From positions 3,118-67,117 of the forward strand of contig JAJZYZ010000007.1 in assembly GCA_021797815.1 (NCBI GenBank): a stretch of DNA of 64,000 bases, read 5' to 3'. The notes below the pieces were generated by a model. The model saw nothing but the letters and a program-made list of their open reading frames with translations. It did not search any database and was not told the DNA's origin. This DNA comes from Bacillota bacterium (GTDB taxonomy: Bacteria; Bacillota; Sulfobacillia; Sulfobacillales; JAIMBI01). This document shows positions 53,861-63,210 of the stretch, in pieces. The translations under genes and the position numbers were made by a program. Position 1 is the stretch's first letter; every line of letters starts with the position of its first letter.

Positions 53861-55609
53861 ATGCGGGACTGGCTCATGGCATTCGCTCGGCGATATCAAC
53901 GCGACGGCATCCTGGCGGTGATATGCGCCCTCCTTTATACGGTAACGCTCCAGGCTCCTCCGGCATTGAGCGGCCTATTCGTGAACCGCGTGCTGCGCGG
54001 TCACGACATCCACATGCTGTGGCCGATCATTTTGGCCGGCATCTTGGTTGCCGCCATAGCCGGGGTCTTTGGTTTCGGGGAGAGTTACCTCTCGGCCAGA
54101 ATGGGCCAAGGCGTCCTCAACCAGATGTGGGAGGCGCTCTACACCCACTTCACTGATCTGCCCTACAGCTATTACGACGAAGTCCAGACCGGCCAGCTCA
54201 TCAGCCGGCTGATTTCCGACATCAACTGGGTCCGCATGTTCTTCATGAACTTCTTCTCCATGGGGACCCAGGTCGCGTTCACGATTATCTTCGCGACCGC
54301 CCTCATCTTTGCGTATGACTGGAAGCTCGGCCTCATCTTGGTCGTGCTGCTGCCTCTCCTGTACCTGGTCGTCCATCTCTTCGACCGGAAAGTCCGTCCG
54401 GCCTGGCGAGAGGTGCGAGCCCAGTTCGCCGTGATGACGACCCACCTGAACGAGAATATCGCCGGGGTCCGGGTCGTCAAGGCGTTCGGTCAGGATGAGC
54501 GGGAAAACCGCCGGTTTGACGCCTCTCTCGATGCGCTCTTCGACCGGAACATCGATGCCACCAGACTCTGGTCCACGTTCTACCCGCTCTTCGACCTCAC
54601 GGGCGGCGTCTTCATCGTGGTCGTGTTTCTGTATGGCGGCTGGCAGACCATTCACGGCCAGCTGTCTATCGGGGCTCTGGTCGCCATCTCGGGGTACGTA
54701 CTGCTCCTGGTGCAGCCGCTTCGCCAGATCGGCATGATCATCAACACGATGGCCCAGGCGGTCGCGGCGGGTCAGCGTCTGTACGAGCTCGCGGAGGTGA
54801 ACTCGGACCTTCCCCTCCCGGCCAATCCGGTGCGTCCGGCCCGTGTAGAGGGCACGCTCACCTTCGACCACGTGTCGCTCACGTACCCGTCCACCGGCCA
54901 GACCGTGCTCCATGACATCGATTTCCACGTGGGCAGCGGACGCTCGGTGGCCATGGCCGGTCCCACCGGAGCGGGCAAGACCTCCGTCGTGGCCCTCATC
55001 CCCCGCCTGTACGACGCAAGCCAGGGGCGGGTGCTGATTGATGGGATTGATGTCCGTGAGTGGGATCCGGTGTACCTCCGGCGTCATATCGGACTCGTGC
55101 TCCAGGAGACCTTCCTGTTTTCGGCCAGCGTTCACGACAACATCGCCTTCGGGCGGCCGGACGCCACCCGCGAGCAGGTTATGCGGGCCGCCGAGCTGGC
55201 CCAGGCCGCCGAGTTCATCGAAGGCATGCCCTACGGCTACGAGCAGCTCATCGGCGAGCGGGGGATTGGTCTGTCGGGCGGCCAGCGCCAGCGCATCGCG
55301 ATTGCCCGTGCTCTCCTGGTTGATCCGGCCATCGTCATCCTCGATGACGCGACCGCCAGCGTGGATTTGGAGACCGAGGCCGCTATTCAGCTTGGCATGA
55401 AGAACCTGCTGAAAGGTCGGACCGCCATCGTTGTGGCGCATCGGCTCTCGTCCCTCAAGGCAGCCGATGAGATCCTGGTCATCGACGAAGGCCACGTCGT
55501 CCAGCGTGGCAGCCATGATCGGCTGGTGGAGCACGCCGGGCTGTACCGCGACGTTTACGACATCCAGTATCGCGACCAGGAGCAGGTGCGGGCGAGTTCG
55601 GCATCATGA
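53861..55609 (+). CDS. ABC exporter, fused TMD-NBD half-transporter (chain 1, degenerate Walker B)
   Basis: A six-helix TMD is followed by Walker A GPTGAGKTS, signature LSGGQRQRIAIARAL and Walker B IVILDDATASVD (Asp in place of the catalytic Glu). Confidence 0.9.
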   Translation: MRDWLMAFARRYQRDGILAVICALLYTVTLQAPPALSGLFVNRVLRGHDIHMLWPIILAGILVAAIAGVFGFGESYLSARMGQGVLNQMWEALYTHFTDLPYSYYDEVQTGQLISRLISDINWVRMFFMNFFSMGTQVAFTIIFATALIFAYDWKLGLILVVLLPLLYLVVHLFDRKVRPAWREVRAQFAVMTTHLNENIAGVRVVKAFGQDERENRRFDASLDALFDRNIDATRLWSTFYPLFDLTGGVFIVVVFLYGGWQTIHGQLSIGALVAISGYVLLLVQPLRQIGMIINTMAQAVAAGQRLYELAEVNSDLPLPANPVRPARVEGTLTFDHVSLTYPSTGQTVLHDIDFHVGSGRSVAMAGPTGAGKTSVVALIPRLYDASQGRVLIDGIDVREWDPVYLRRHIGLVLQETFLFSASVHDNIAFGRPDATREQVMRAAELAQAAEFIEGMPYGYEQLIGERGIGLSGGQRQRIAIARALLVDPAIVILDDATASVDLETEAAIQLGMKNLLKGRTAIVVAHRLSSLKAADEILVIDEGHVVQRGSHDRLVEHAGLYRDVYDIQYRDQEQVRASSAS

Positions 55610-55657
55610 AGCTCAACACCACCGACTCTTGCCGACTTTCGAGATAGGAGGGGCGTC

Positions 55658-57478
55658 TTGATCAATCGCGTCGACCAGGAAGAGGAGGCCGTCGAGCGGC
55701 CCTTTGATGCGCGCATGTCGTGGCGCCTGGCACTCTATGTACGCCCGTATCCGCGGCTTTTATGGCTTTCGGGCATCACCGTGCTGCTTGGCACCGGTGC
55801 TCTCCTCGCCATCCCTTACATGCTTGATCTGGCCATCCAGCGCTACGTGCTGCCCAAGAACTACGCCGGTCTAGTCATGCTGGTGGTTGTGATGTCGGCG
55901 GTGTACGCGGTCCGCTATTTCGCCTATCGGACGCAGACGTTCGTCGCCTCGAAGCTCGGGCAGGAGATCCTGCGGGATCTGAGGAGTGAGCTTTTCCACC
56001 ACATACAGAAGCTCAACTTCTCGTTCTTCGACCGGATTCCGGGCGGCAAGATCATCACCCGTGTGGTCGGCGATGTGCAGAATCTCCAGCAGCTCCTGAG
56101 CCAGGGTATCGTCAACACCCTGGCCAACGTGGTTCTCCTTATCGGCATCATCATCGCAATGCTGGTGTTGAAGTGGGATCTGGCGCTGGCGAGCTTCATC
56201 ATCATCCCCATCATGTTCTTCCTCTCCACTAATTTCCGCCGACGGATGGTGGAAAAGTGGCGGGTCGTGCGGCGGCGCAACTCGATTGTCAACGCCACCT
56301 GGGCCGAGTCCCTGAACGGGGCCCGCGTGGTGATTGCCTACGGTCGGGAAGACTTCGACCGGCGCCATTTCATGGACCTCGCCTGGGGGTACTTCCGGTC
56401 CTTCATGGATGCGGAGCGCCTGTCGTCGATGTTCACGCCGTTTGTGAACTTCGCCAGCACCATCGGGATCGGCATCGTGTTCTGGTATGGCACCGTGCTG
56501 TATCTCCATCACGCGGTCACGCTTGGCCTTCTGGTCGCCTTCATCAGTTATCTGGCGATGTTCTGGCAGCCTATCTCACAGCTGGGTCAGTTCTACAACC
56601 AGGTACTGCAGGCGATGGCATCGGCAGAACGCGTGTTTGAGTACCTCGACGAAGAGCCGCAGGTGGTGGATCGGGCGGATGCCAAACCGCTTGAGCTTAC
56701 GGGCGATGTGACCTTCGACCATGTGGTGTTCCAGTACCAGCCGAACCGTCCGGTCCTGCGAGACATCTCGTTTCATGTGAATGCCGGCGAGACGATTGCA
56801 CTGGTGGGGTCCACCGGGGCCGGCAAGAGCAGCATCCTGTCGATCCTGCCCCGCTTCTACGACGTCGTGAGCGGCCGGATTCTCCTCGACGGCGTGGATC
56901 TGCGCGACATCACGCTCCGATCCATCCGTCGTCAGGTGGCTCTCGTGCTGCAGGAGACGTTCATCTTCGACGGCACCATCCGCGACAACATTCGCTACGG
57001 GCGACCCGAGGCCACCGACACCGAGGTGGAGGGCGCCGCCCGTGCGGCCCAGGCGCATCACTTCATCAGTGAGCTGCAAGACGGATATGACACGCCTGTC
57101 CGCGAGCGCGGCTCGCGGCTCTCGCTCGGACAGCGGCAGCTTCTGGCCTTTGCCCGGGCCATCCTGGCCGATCCCCGCATCCTCATCCTGGACGAGGCCA
57201 CGGCCAGCATCGACACCCAGACGGAGCTTCTGGTCCAAGAGGGACTGAAACGACTTCTTACCGGTCGGACCGCTTTCGTGGCGGCGCACCGCCTTTCCAC
57301 GATCCGGGAAGCGGATCGCATCCTTGTCATCGACCAGGGCCGGCTCGTGGAATCTGGAAGTCACGCCGAACTGATGGCCAAACGCGGCCATTACTACCGG
57401 TTCCTGGAGGCGCAGTTTAAACTTGAAGACAGCGGTGGTTGGTTTGGCCACGAGACGCTGGCGGAGCCGGTTTCCTAG
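55658..57478 (+). CDS. ABC exporter, fused TMD-NBD half-transporter (chain 2, non-canonical signature)
   Basis: Walker A is GSTGAGKSS, the signature is LSLGQRQLLAFARAI and Walker B is ILILDEATASID. The TTG start follows GGAGGGG. Confidence 0.9.
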   Translation: MINRVDQEEEAVERPFDARMSWRLALYVRPYPRLLWLSGITVLLGTGALLAIPYMLDLAIQRYVLPKNYAGLVMLVVVMSAVYAVRYFAYRTQTFVASKLGQEILRDLRSELFHHIQKLNFSFFDRIPGGKIITRVVGDVQNLQQLLSQGIVNTLANVVLLIGIIIAMLVLKWDLALASFIIIPIMFFLSTNFRRRMVEKWRVVRRRNSIVNATWAESLNGARVVIAYGREDFDRRHFMDLAWGYFRSFMDAERLSSMFTPFVNFASTIGIGIVFWYGTVLYLHHAVTLGLLVAFISYLAMFWQPISQLGQFYNQVLQAMASAERVFEYLDEEPQVVDRADAKPLELTGDVTFDHVVFQYQPNRPVLRDISFHVNAGETIALVGSTGAGKSSILSILPRFYDVVSGRILLDGVDLRDITLRSIRRQVALVLQETFIFDGTIRDNIRYGRPEATDTEVEGAARAAQAHHFISELQDGYDTPVRERGSRLSLGQRQLLAFARAILADPRILILDEATASIDTQTELLVQEGLKRLLTGRTAFVAAHRLSTIREADRILVIDQGRLVESGSHAELMAKRGHYYRFLEAQFKLEDSGGWFGHETLAEPVS

Positions 57479-57612
57479 GTCAGCAAAGGGAGTGTGCCGG
57501 GCCAAAGTCCGGCTCCCCGTCGTCGTCGTGAGTGACCTTCAGCAAATCTAGAGATGTGACTGCAACGGGAGGCGTCTGTTATCCGTTAGGGTAGGTAAAA
57601 AGAAAGACCGGG

Positions 57613-58188
57613 GTGGCGACGGCCATGAAATGGGGCCGAACCCAGAGGCTTACCGCGTGGATCCTTGGCGCGGCGCTCGGAGCGTCCCTGGTGGCGTTCG
57701 GCCTCCTCCGGGCGGCCCCCGGCTCTCTCCTGCCTGCCCCCGCGGTCGGGGCAGCCGCTCCGACTTTCTCCCTGCCCGCCATTGACGGCGGCAGCATTTC
57801 CCTTGCGCGCCTCCGGGGCCACGCCGTCCTCATCAACTTCTGGGCATCCTGGTGTCCCTATTGTCGGGCGGAGACCGAGAGTCTCGTAACCCTGCACAGC
57901 GCGTGCGATCGTCTCACGGTGCTGGGGGTCGCGGTGGAGGCACCCGAAAACCGCGTGGTCCGGTTTGCCACCCACGCCGGAATCGGCTACCCCATCCTCA
58001 TGGATCCGAGCGGCTCCGTCGCCATGCGCTACGGAGCCACCTATCTCCCAACGTCGGTGCTGATTACGCCAGAGGGCCGGATCGCGTGGATCCACCACGG
58101 GGCCTTCATCACGGCCGATCAGGCGCGCGCACTTGTCGACAATCGGCTGCATGATGTCTGCGCCGCCCGCAACGGCACCCATGGCTAG
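57613..58188 (+). CDS. TlpA/ResA-like membrane-anchored thiol-disulfide oxidoreductase
   Basis: A signal anchor precedes LINFWASWCPYCRAE, the thioredoxin-fold CxxC motif. Confidence 0.85.
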   Translation: MATAMKWGRTQRLTAWILGAALGASLVAFGLLRAAPGSLLPAPAVGAAAPTFSLPAIDGGSISLARLRGHAVLINFWASWCPYCRAETESLVTLHSACDRLTVLGVAVEAPENRVVRFATHAGIGYPILMDPSGSVAMRYGATYLPTSVLITPEGRIAWIHHGAFITADQARALVDNRLHDVCAARNGTHG

Positions 58189-58220
58189 ACGCTGCCTCTG
58201 AAGGCGGAGAACCTGAGGCC

Positions 58221-59420
58221 TCAGTCTTCCAGTGCAATTTGCCCTCGCACATCATCCGCCTCGGTGAAGGTCTTCCGGCTCTCGATGAGGGCACGCGCCC
58301 GGTCCACACGGTCCCAGGCGTTCCACAAGAGCACCCCGTCCACGTGATTGCCGTCATCCAGGTAGTACACGATGCCTTGCCGAAACGGCTCGGCCCAATC
58401 GGCCACCGCCCGAAGCCGGCTGTCAACCCGTCCCACCGCTTCAAAACCGAGGTCAAAGAGGTCAGAGTAGAAGAAGGGCAGATAGTCGTAGGGAGCGGTT
58501 GCGCCCGCCATAATGCGGCCCGCCGCCTCTCCCTGGACGTTCGCGTTGTCCTCGTGCTCGACACGCCAGTGCCGCCCGAGCGGTCGGCTGTACACGCTGG
58601 CCACGTCTCCCGCGGCGTAAACATCAGGAGCTCCGGTCATGAGTCCCTGGTCCACCTCGATGCCGTCGCCGATCTTGAGACCGGCCAGCTCTGCGAGCTC
58701 GATGCGCGGGCGAATGCCAACCCCCGCCACGACCAGATCGACGACAATCTCCCCGCGGTCGGTCTCCAGATGAATCCGGTTTCCCTCTTTGCGGGCCCCG
58801 GTCACGCTGGTGTCGGTATGCACGTCCACGCCCTGTTCCCGGTAGTAGTCGGCCACGTTTTCGGAAAGCTCAGAAGGCAGCACACGACCGATGAGTCCCG
58901 TCTCGGGTACGATCTGGTGCACGTGCTTCTTCTGCAGCGTGAGGGCCGCCGCCATTTCCGACCCGATGAACCCACCACCCACCACCGCCACCTCGCGGGC
59001 ATTGAGCGCGTGGCGCTGAAGCCAGAAGTAGTCGTGCAGCGAACGGTAATACATCGTCGGCACGGCCGAGAGCTGGCGGAGCCGGATCGGAGTTCCCCCG
59101 GTGGCCAGAAGACAGCGCTCGTAGTGAAACACGCGGCCGGTGCTGTCTGTGACCGTATGGCCATCCGGATTGAGGGCCGTCGCCCGCGTCGTGAGGAAGA
59201 GATCCACGCCCTGCTCCTCGTAGTTCAGGGTGCGCCAGATCTGCTCGACCCGGTCGCCCTTAAAGAGAGCTTTGGACAACGGGGGCCGATTGTAGGGTGG
59301 AAAGGGCTCCTCGGAGATGAGGGCAATAGACCCATCGGGATCGAGACTCCGTATCCCGGCCACGGCCGCATCGGCGGTCATCCCGCCGCCCACAATCAGA
59401 TACCGGTACTGAAGCGCCAT
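58221..59420 (-). CDS. FAD/NAD(P)-dependent oxidoreductase (ferredoxin-reductase/AIF-like pyridine nucleotide-disulfide family)
   Basis: YLIVGGGMTADAAV is the FAD fold, VAVVGGGFIGSEMAA is the NAD fold and YAAGDVA is present. Confidence 0.85.
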   Translation of the reverse strand: MALQYRYLIVGGGMTADAAVAGIRSLDPDGSIALISEEPFPPYNRPPLSKALFKGDRVEQIWRTLNYEEQGVDLFLTTRATALNPDGHTVTDSTGRVFHYERCLLATGGTPIRLRQLSAVPTMYYRSLHDYFWLQRHALNAREVAVVGGGFIGSEMAAALTLQKKHVHQIVPETGLIGRVLPSELSENVADYYREQGVDVHTDTSVTGARKEGNRIHLETDRGEIVVDLVVAGVGIRPRIELAELAGLKIGDGIEVDQGLMTGAPDVYAAGDVASVYSRPLGRHWRVEHEDNANVQGEAAGRIMAGATAPYDYLPFFYSDLFDLGFEAVGRVDSRLRAVADWAEPFRQGIVYYLDDGNHVDGVLLWNAWDRVDRARALIESRKTFTEADDVRGQIALED

Positions 59421-59558
59421 TGTATTCCCTCCCTACGTGCTGGCCTATGTGGACATGCCAATGCCCAGTGTTTCCAGCCGCGAGCCGGGGAGTCCTGCAC
59501 CAGCGCGGAGCAGGGCAGGATTCCACGGCTGTTCATGGGAATGTCGAGGTGAGGTGAT

Positions 59559-61316
59559 GTGGTGTCCCATTTCGTCGTCAATCTGGACGAGGCTCCCCGG
59601 CACGTGGTGCGGGTGACCCTCCGGCTGTCCAATCTTGGCCCCGGCCCTCACGAGCTTTTGCTGCCCGTCTGGCAGCCCGGGTTTTACGAGATACAGGATT
59701 TCTCCCGCCATCTCTTTGGGATGGAAGGCCAGGAGGATGGCCATGCGCTCGCCATAGAGAAAGTGGCCAAGAATCGCTGGCGGTTTACCAGCCAGGGGGG
59801 CACAATCGAGGTCCGGTACCAGGTCTACGCCTTTACGCTTACCGTATACGGGAGCCACGTCGATGCGTCCCACGCCTACTGGAATGGCACCAACATCTTT
59901 CTGGCCGTGGACAACGAAACGAACAGCCCGGTTGACCTCGTCATCGAGGCGCCGCCCGGCTGGATCGCCTCCACCGGGCTCGAGCGCGTGGAGGGCCAGG
60001 CGATGGCGTTTCGGGCGCCCTCCTATGACGTGCTCTACGACTGCCCGGTGGAGGTGGGCACCCATCGCCGGCGCACGTTCCAGGTGGACGGCGTGCCGCA
60101 CGAGATCGCCGTGTATGGAGAAGGCAATGAGGATCTGGACCAGCTGGAACGCGATATCACCCGCCTCGTCAAAACGGCGTCCCGTTATTTTGGCGGTCTG
60201 CCCTACCCCCATTACACCTTCATCTTTCACGTGGCCGACGCCGTGGGCGGCCTCGAGCATGCCAACTCCACCACCTGTGGGTTCTCGCGCACCGCCTTCC
60301 GGCCCTGGGCGGCCTACCGTCGTGTGCTGGGACTCATCGCCCATGAGTTCGTGCACCTCTGGAATGTCAAGCGTATCCACCCGGAGGGCCTCGGCCCCTT
60401 TGACTACCACCACGAAGCCACAACCGAACTCTTGTGGACCATGGAGGGTGTAACGGAGTATGTGACCCGTCTCGTCCTCTGCCGGGCGGGCCTCATCCCG
60501 CCCGAAGAATTCCTGGCCGCCATGGCCGACGACATGCGCGAGCTGGAACTCAAGCCCGGCCGGCATGTGATGAGTCTCGCGGACGCCTCGTACAACATCT
60601 TCGCCAACCGCGCCCAGGTGTTTGTGGAACCGAACCGGTCCATTTCGTATTACCTGAAGGGATGTCTCGTGGGCATGCTGCTAGATCTTGAGATCCGGCG
60701 GGCGACCGGGCACCAGCGCTCCCTGGACGACGTGCTCCGACTCCTCTGGCAACGGTACGGAATGCGCGGTGTCGGCTTCCCGGAGGCCGCGTTTCGCGAA
60801 ACGGCCGAGGAAGTGTCACGGGAGAACCTGGCCGTCTTCTGGCACCGGTACGTGGTCGGCACGGACGACATCGACTGGGATGACTGCCTCGAGAGCGTCG
60901 GCCTCGGCGTCGAGCGGCGCCACATCGGTGCGGACGGACGCCCGGCTCTCCCATCCGACCCCGAGCCTGGGACGCTCGGCCTCGAATACCAGCGAGGTCC
61001 GGGTCCGGCACGTGTACGGGCGGCCTTCGACCCCGGGCCGAGCGCGGGGCTCCTGCACCCGGGGGATGAGATCGTGGCCATCGACGGCGGGCGTGTGACA
61101 ACCGTGGAGGATGTGGAAGCCCGCATTAGCACTCACCGCCCCTCCGATTCGGTGCGCGTCCATGTCTTTCGGCGGGGTCGTCTCGAAACGGTTCCGGTCA
61201 GGCTCGGCATCGCCCCGAAAGGCCGCTGGCGCCTCTTTGTGCGTGCACAGGCCGGAGAGACGGCCCGGCGCGGTTACAGCCGCTGGCTCGAGCCTGATCC
61301 GGTCGGGGCTGGCTAG
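59559..61316 (+). CDS. M61-family glycyl aminopeptidase with C-terminal PDZ domain
   Basis: The HExxH site is IAHEFVHLWNVKRIHPEG. The C-terminal PDZ-like region is GLLHPGDEIVAIDGGRV. Confidence 0.85.
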   Translation: MVSHFVVNLDEAPRHVVRVTLRLSNLGPGPHELLLPVWQPGFYEIQDFSRHLFGMEGQEDGHALAIEKVAKNRWRFTSQGGTIEVRYQVYAFTLTVYGSHVDASHAYWNGTNIFLAVDNETNSPVDLVIEAPPGWIASTGLERVEGQAMAFRAPSYDVLYDCPVEVGTHRRRTFQVDGVPHEIAVYGEGNEDLDQLERDITRLVKTASRYFGGLPYPHYTFIFHVADAVGGLEHANSTTCGFSRTAFRPWAAYRRVLGLIAHEFVHLWNVKRIHPEGLGPFDYHHEATTELLWTMEGVTEYVTRLVLCRAGLIPPEEFLAAMADDMRELELKPGRHVMSLADASYNIFANRAQVFVEPNRSISYYLKGCLVGMLLDLEIRRATGHQRSLDDVLRLLWQRYGMRGVGFPEAAFRETAEEVSRENLAVFWHRYVVGTDDIDWDDCLESVGLGVERRHIGADGRPALPSDPEPGTLGLEYQRGPGPARVRAAFDPGPSAGLLHPGDEIVAIDGGRVTTVEDVEARISTHRPSDSVRVHVFRRGRLETVPVRLGIAPKGRWRLFVRAQAGETARRGYSRWLEPDPVGAG

Positions 61317-61414
61317 ACGCCGCGGCCGGAGCACGCGGGCACCGGGCCGCCGGTCCGGCTTCTTCTCATCGCTGGCCCCGTGCCGACCGACGCGCGCTGC
61401 CTATCCCATAGAAG

Positions 61415-61444
61415 AGGACCGGCCGCGCTTGCGGCCGGTCCTCT
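61415..61444. terminator. Bidirectional terminator hairpin between convergent genes
   Basis: GAGGACCGGCCGC-GCTT-GCGGCCGGTCCTC forms a 13-bp stem. A TTCT follows on the minus strand. Confidence 0.6.
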
Positions 61445-61458
61445 CGCCTTCGACCTTG

Positions 61459-63159
61459 TTACTGGCCGATGGTGATGAAGTTGGGCGGAGTGCCCAGGTA
61501 CGCACTGTAGTTGGTGTAGTACCCCTTCACGTAGCTCGACACGGCGTAGAAGGTAGGCGCCAGCGGTACGTAGAGCACGGGCAGATTCTCCGCCGCGTAC
61601 TTCTGGTACTGGTCGAATCGCTGCTTTATCTGCGCCGGTGTTCCGCCTTCGACGGTCGTGATGTTGATGAGGTGGTTCATCGTGGCGCTGTCGTAGCCGC
61701 CAGGGTTGAACCCGGCCTGCGAGTTCAGGATGCCGTCGCCGGAGGGGTAGTAGTCGGGCACGTAGCTCCAACCGCCGCCCCACGACATGAGCGTCCACTG
61801 GCTCGCATTCTGAGTGCCGTTTGCGATGACCTGGGTGAACGGCTCCTCCTTGATGGTGACGTCGATGCCTTCCTTGGCCCAGTCAGCCTTCAGGAGCTCG
61901 GCGATGTTGGTCTGGGTCTGGGCGCCGCTGGCCACGAGGAACGTGAACTTCAGCTGCGTCGATCCTCTCGTCATCACGCCGTTGACTTCGTGCCACCCAT
62001 GGCTCTCCAAGAGCTTCAGCCCTCGGTTCGGGTTATACGGATACGGGTTCTTCAGACTCGCGTCGAAGAACTTGTTCGGTGGCTGCTCCGGCACCGGGTT
62101 GTAGACCGGATACGCGTAGCCATGGTACATGCTCTGCACGATGGCCGGCTGGTCGATCCCGAGCTGCATGGCCTGACGGAAGTACAGCTGTTGGAACAGC
62201 CCGCCGATGGCCTGCGTCTTGCTGGAGAAGTTGGGCTGGATGTAGTTGAAGCCCGGGTAGAACAGCGGCTTCACCCGGTAGTTCGGGAGCTGCTTGGCCT
62301 GATTCAGGAGAGAGAACGGGATGGCCCCGATCTGGATGTTGCCCTTCTTCAGGCTCGCAAACTCCGACGAGTTCGACGTCTCGTAGTTGTAGATCTGCGT
62401 CTTGATCGTGGGCTTGGGCGTGCCGCTGAACTTCGGGTTGATCTGGAACTCCCAGTACTGGTCGGTCACGGCCTTCACCAGCTTGTAGGGTCCGTCAATC
62501 ACCTTGAAGTTCGCGTTCATGGGCTCGCCGCCCACGGTCTTGATGTAAGACAGCTCCTGGTTCCAGTTGTTGGGGTACTTGTCCCACACGCTCTTCGGCA
62601 CGGGCGTGATCTGGGAGATGGCGTTGAACTCAAACCAGGTCGGGTTGACCGGGCCGAGGGTCGTAATCTGAACCGTGTCCTGGTTCACCGCGGTGATGCT
62701 CTTCACCTCGGTGGGCATGTTGCCGATACCGAGTCCACAGGCGGCCCAGGGCGCGCCCTTGCCGGCCGACGCCTTCAACACGTTGAACGCGAAAATGACG
62801 TCGTTGGCCGTCACGGGGTTCCCGTTCGACCAGTGCCAGATGGGGTTGATGTGTACGTCAAAGACGTTGTCGGTCTTGTTGACGGTGATATTCTTGGCGA
62901 CAGACTGCGAGTAGTTGATAGTCCCGTTGCTGTTGAACCACAAAAGGTCCTGATATTCCATGCCGAACAGGGTGCCGCCGCAGGCCGTAGTCGACCACAG
63001 CGGATACCACCAGACCGGCTGCACCTGGGCGCCCAGCGCTATATTCAGCACGCTCGGATGGCTGGACGACTGTGCGGCCGGGCTGCCCGAACCGCAGCCC
63101 ACCAACACAAGCGCCAGCGCAGCCAGGGCGGCTCCAATTGCGCCCCGGGTTCTTGTCAT
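61459..63159 (-). CDS. ABC transporter substrate-binding lipoprotein, family 5 (OppA/DppA-like)
   Basis: The lipobox is LVLVGC|GS. At 566 aa it has typical SBP_bac_5 size and composition. The RBS AAAGGAGGA precedes the ATG. Confidence 0.9.
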   Translation of the reverse strand: MTRTRGAIGAALAALALVLVGCGSGSPAAQSSSHPSVLNIALGAQVQPVWWYPLWSTTACGGTLFGMEYQDLLWFNSNGTINYSQSVAKNITVNKTDNVFDVHINPIWHWSNGNPVTANDVIFAFNVLKASAGKGAPWAACGLGIGNMPTEVKSITAVNQDTVQITTLGPVNPTWFEFNAISQITPVPKSVWDKYPNNWNQELSYIKTVGGEPMNANFKVIDGPYKLVKAVTDQYWEFQINPKFSGTPKPTIKTQIYNYETSNSSEFASLKKGNIQIGAIPFSLLNQAKQLPNYRVKPLFYPGFNYIQPNFSSKTQAIGGLFQQLYFRQAMQLGIDQPAIVQSMYHGYAYPVYNPVPEQPPNKFFDASLKNPYPYNPNRGLKLLESHGWHEVNGVMTRGSTQLKFTFLVASGAQTQTNIAELLKADWAKEGIDVTIKEEPFTQVIANGTQNASQWTLMSWGGGWSYVPDYYPSGDGILNSQAGFNPGGYDSATMNHLINITTVEGGTPAQIKQRFDQYQKYAAENLPVLYVPLAPTFYAVSSYVKGYYTNYSAYLGTPPNFITIGQ

Positions 63160-63178
63160 CGGAATCCTCCTTTGGAAA

Positions 63179-63210
63179 CTTGGAACCTGAAGCCCTTGAA
63201 ACCTGAAGCC
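63179..63210 (-). repeat. Two tandem 16-bp repeats in the 5' leader of the OppA-like gene
   Basis: CTTGGAACCTGAAGCC (63179-63194) and CTTGAAACCTGAAGCC (63195-63210) differ by one mismatch. Degenerate copies continue to about 63260. Confidence 0.7.
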
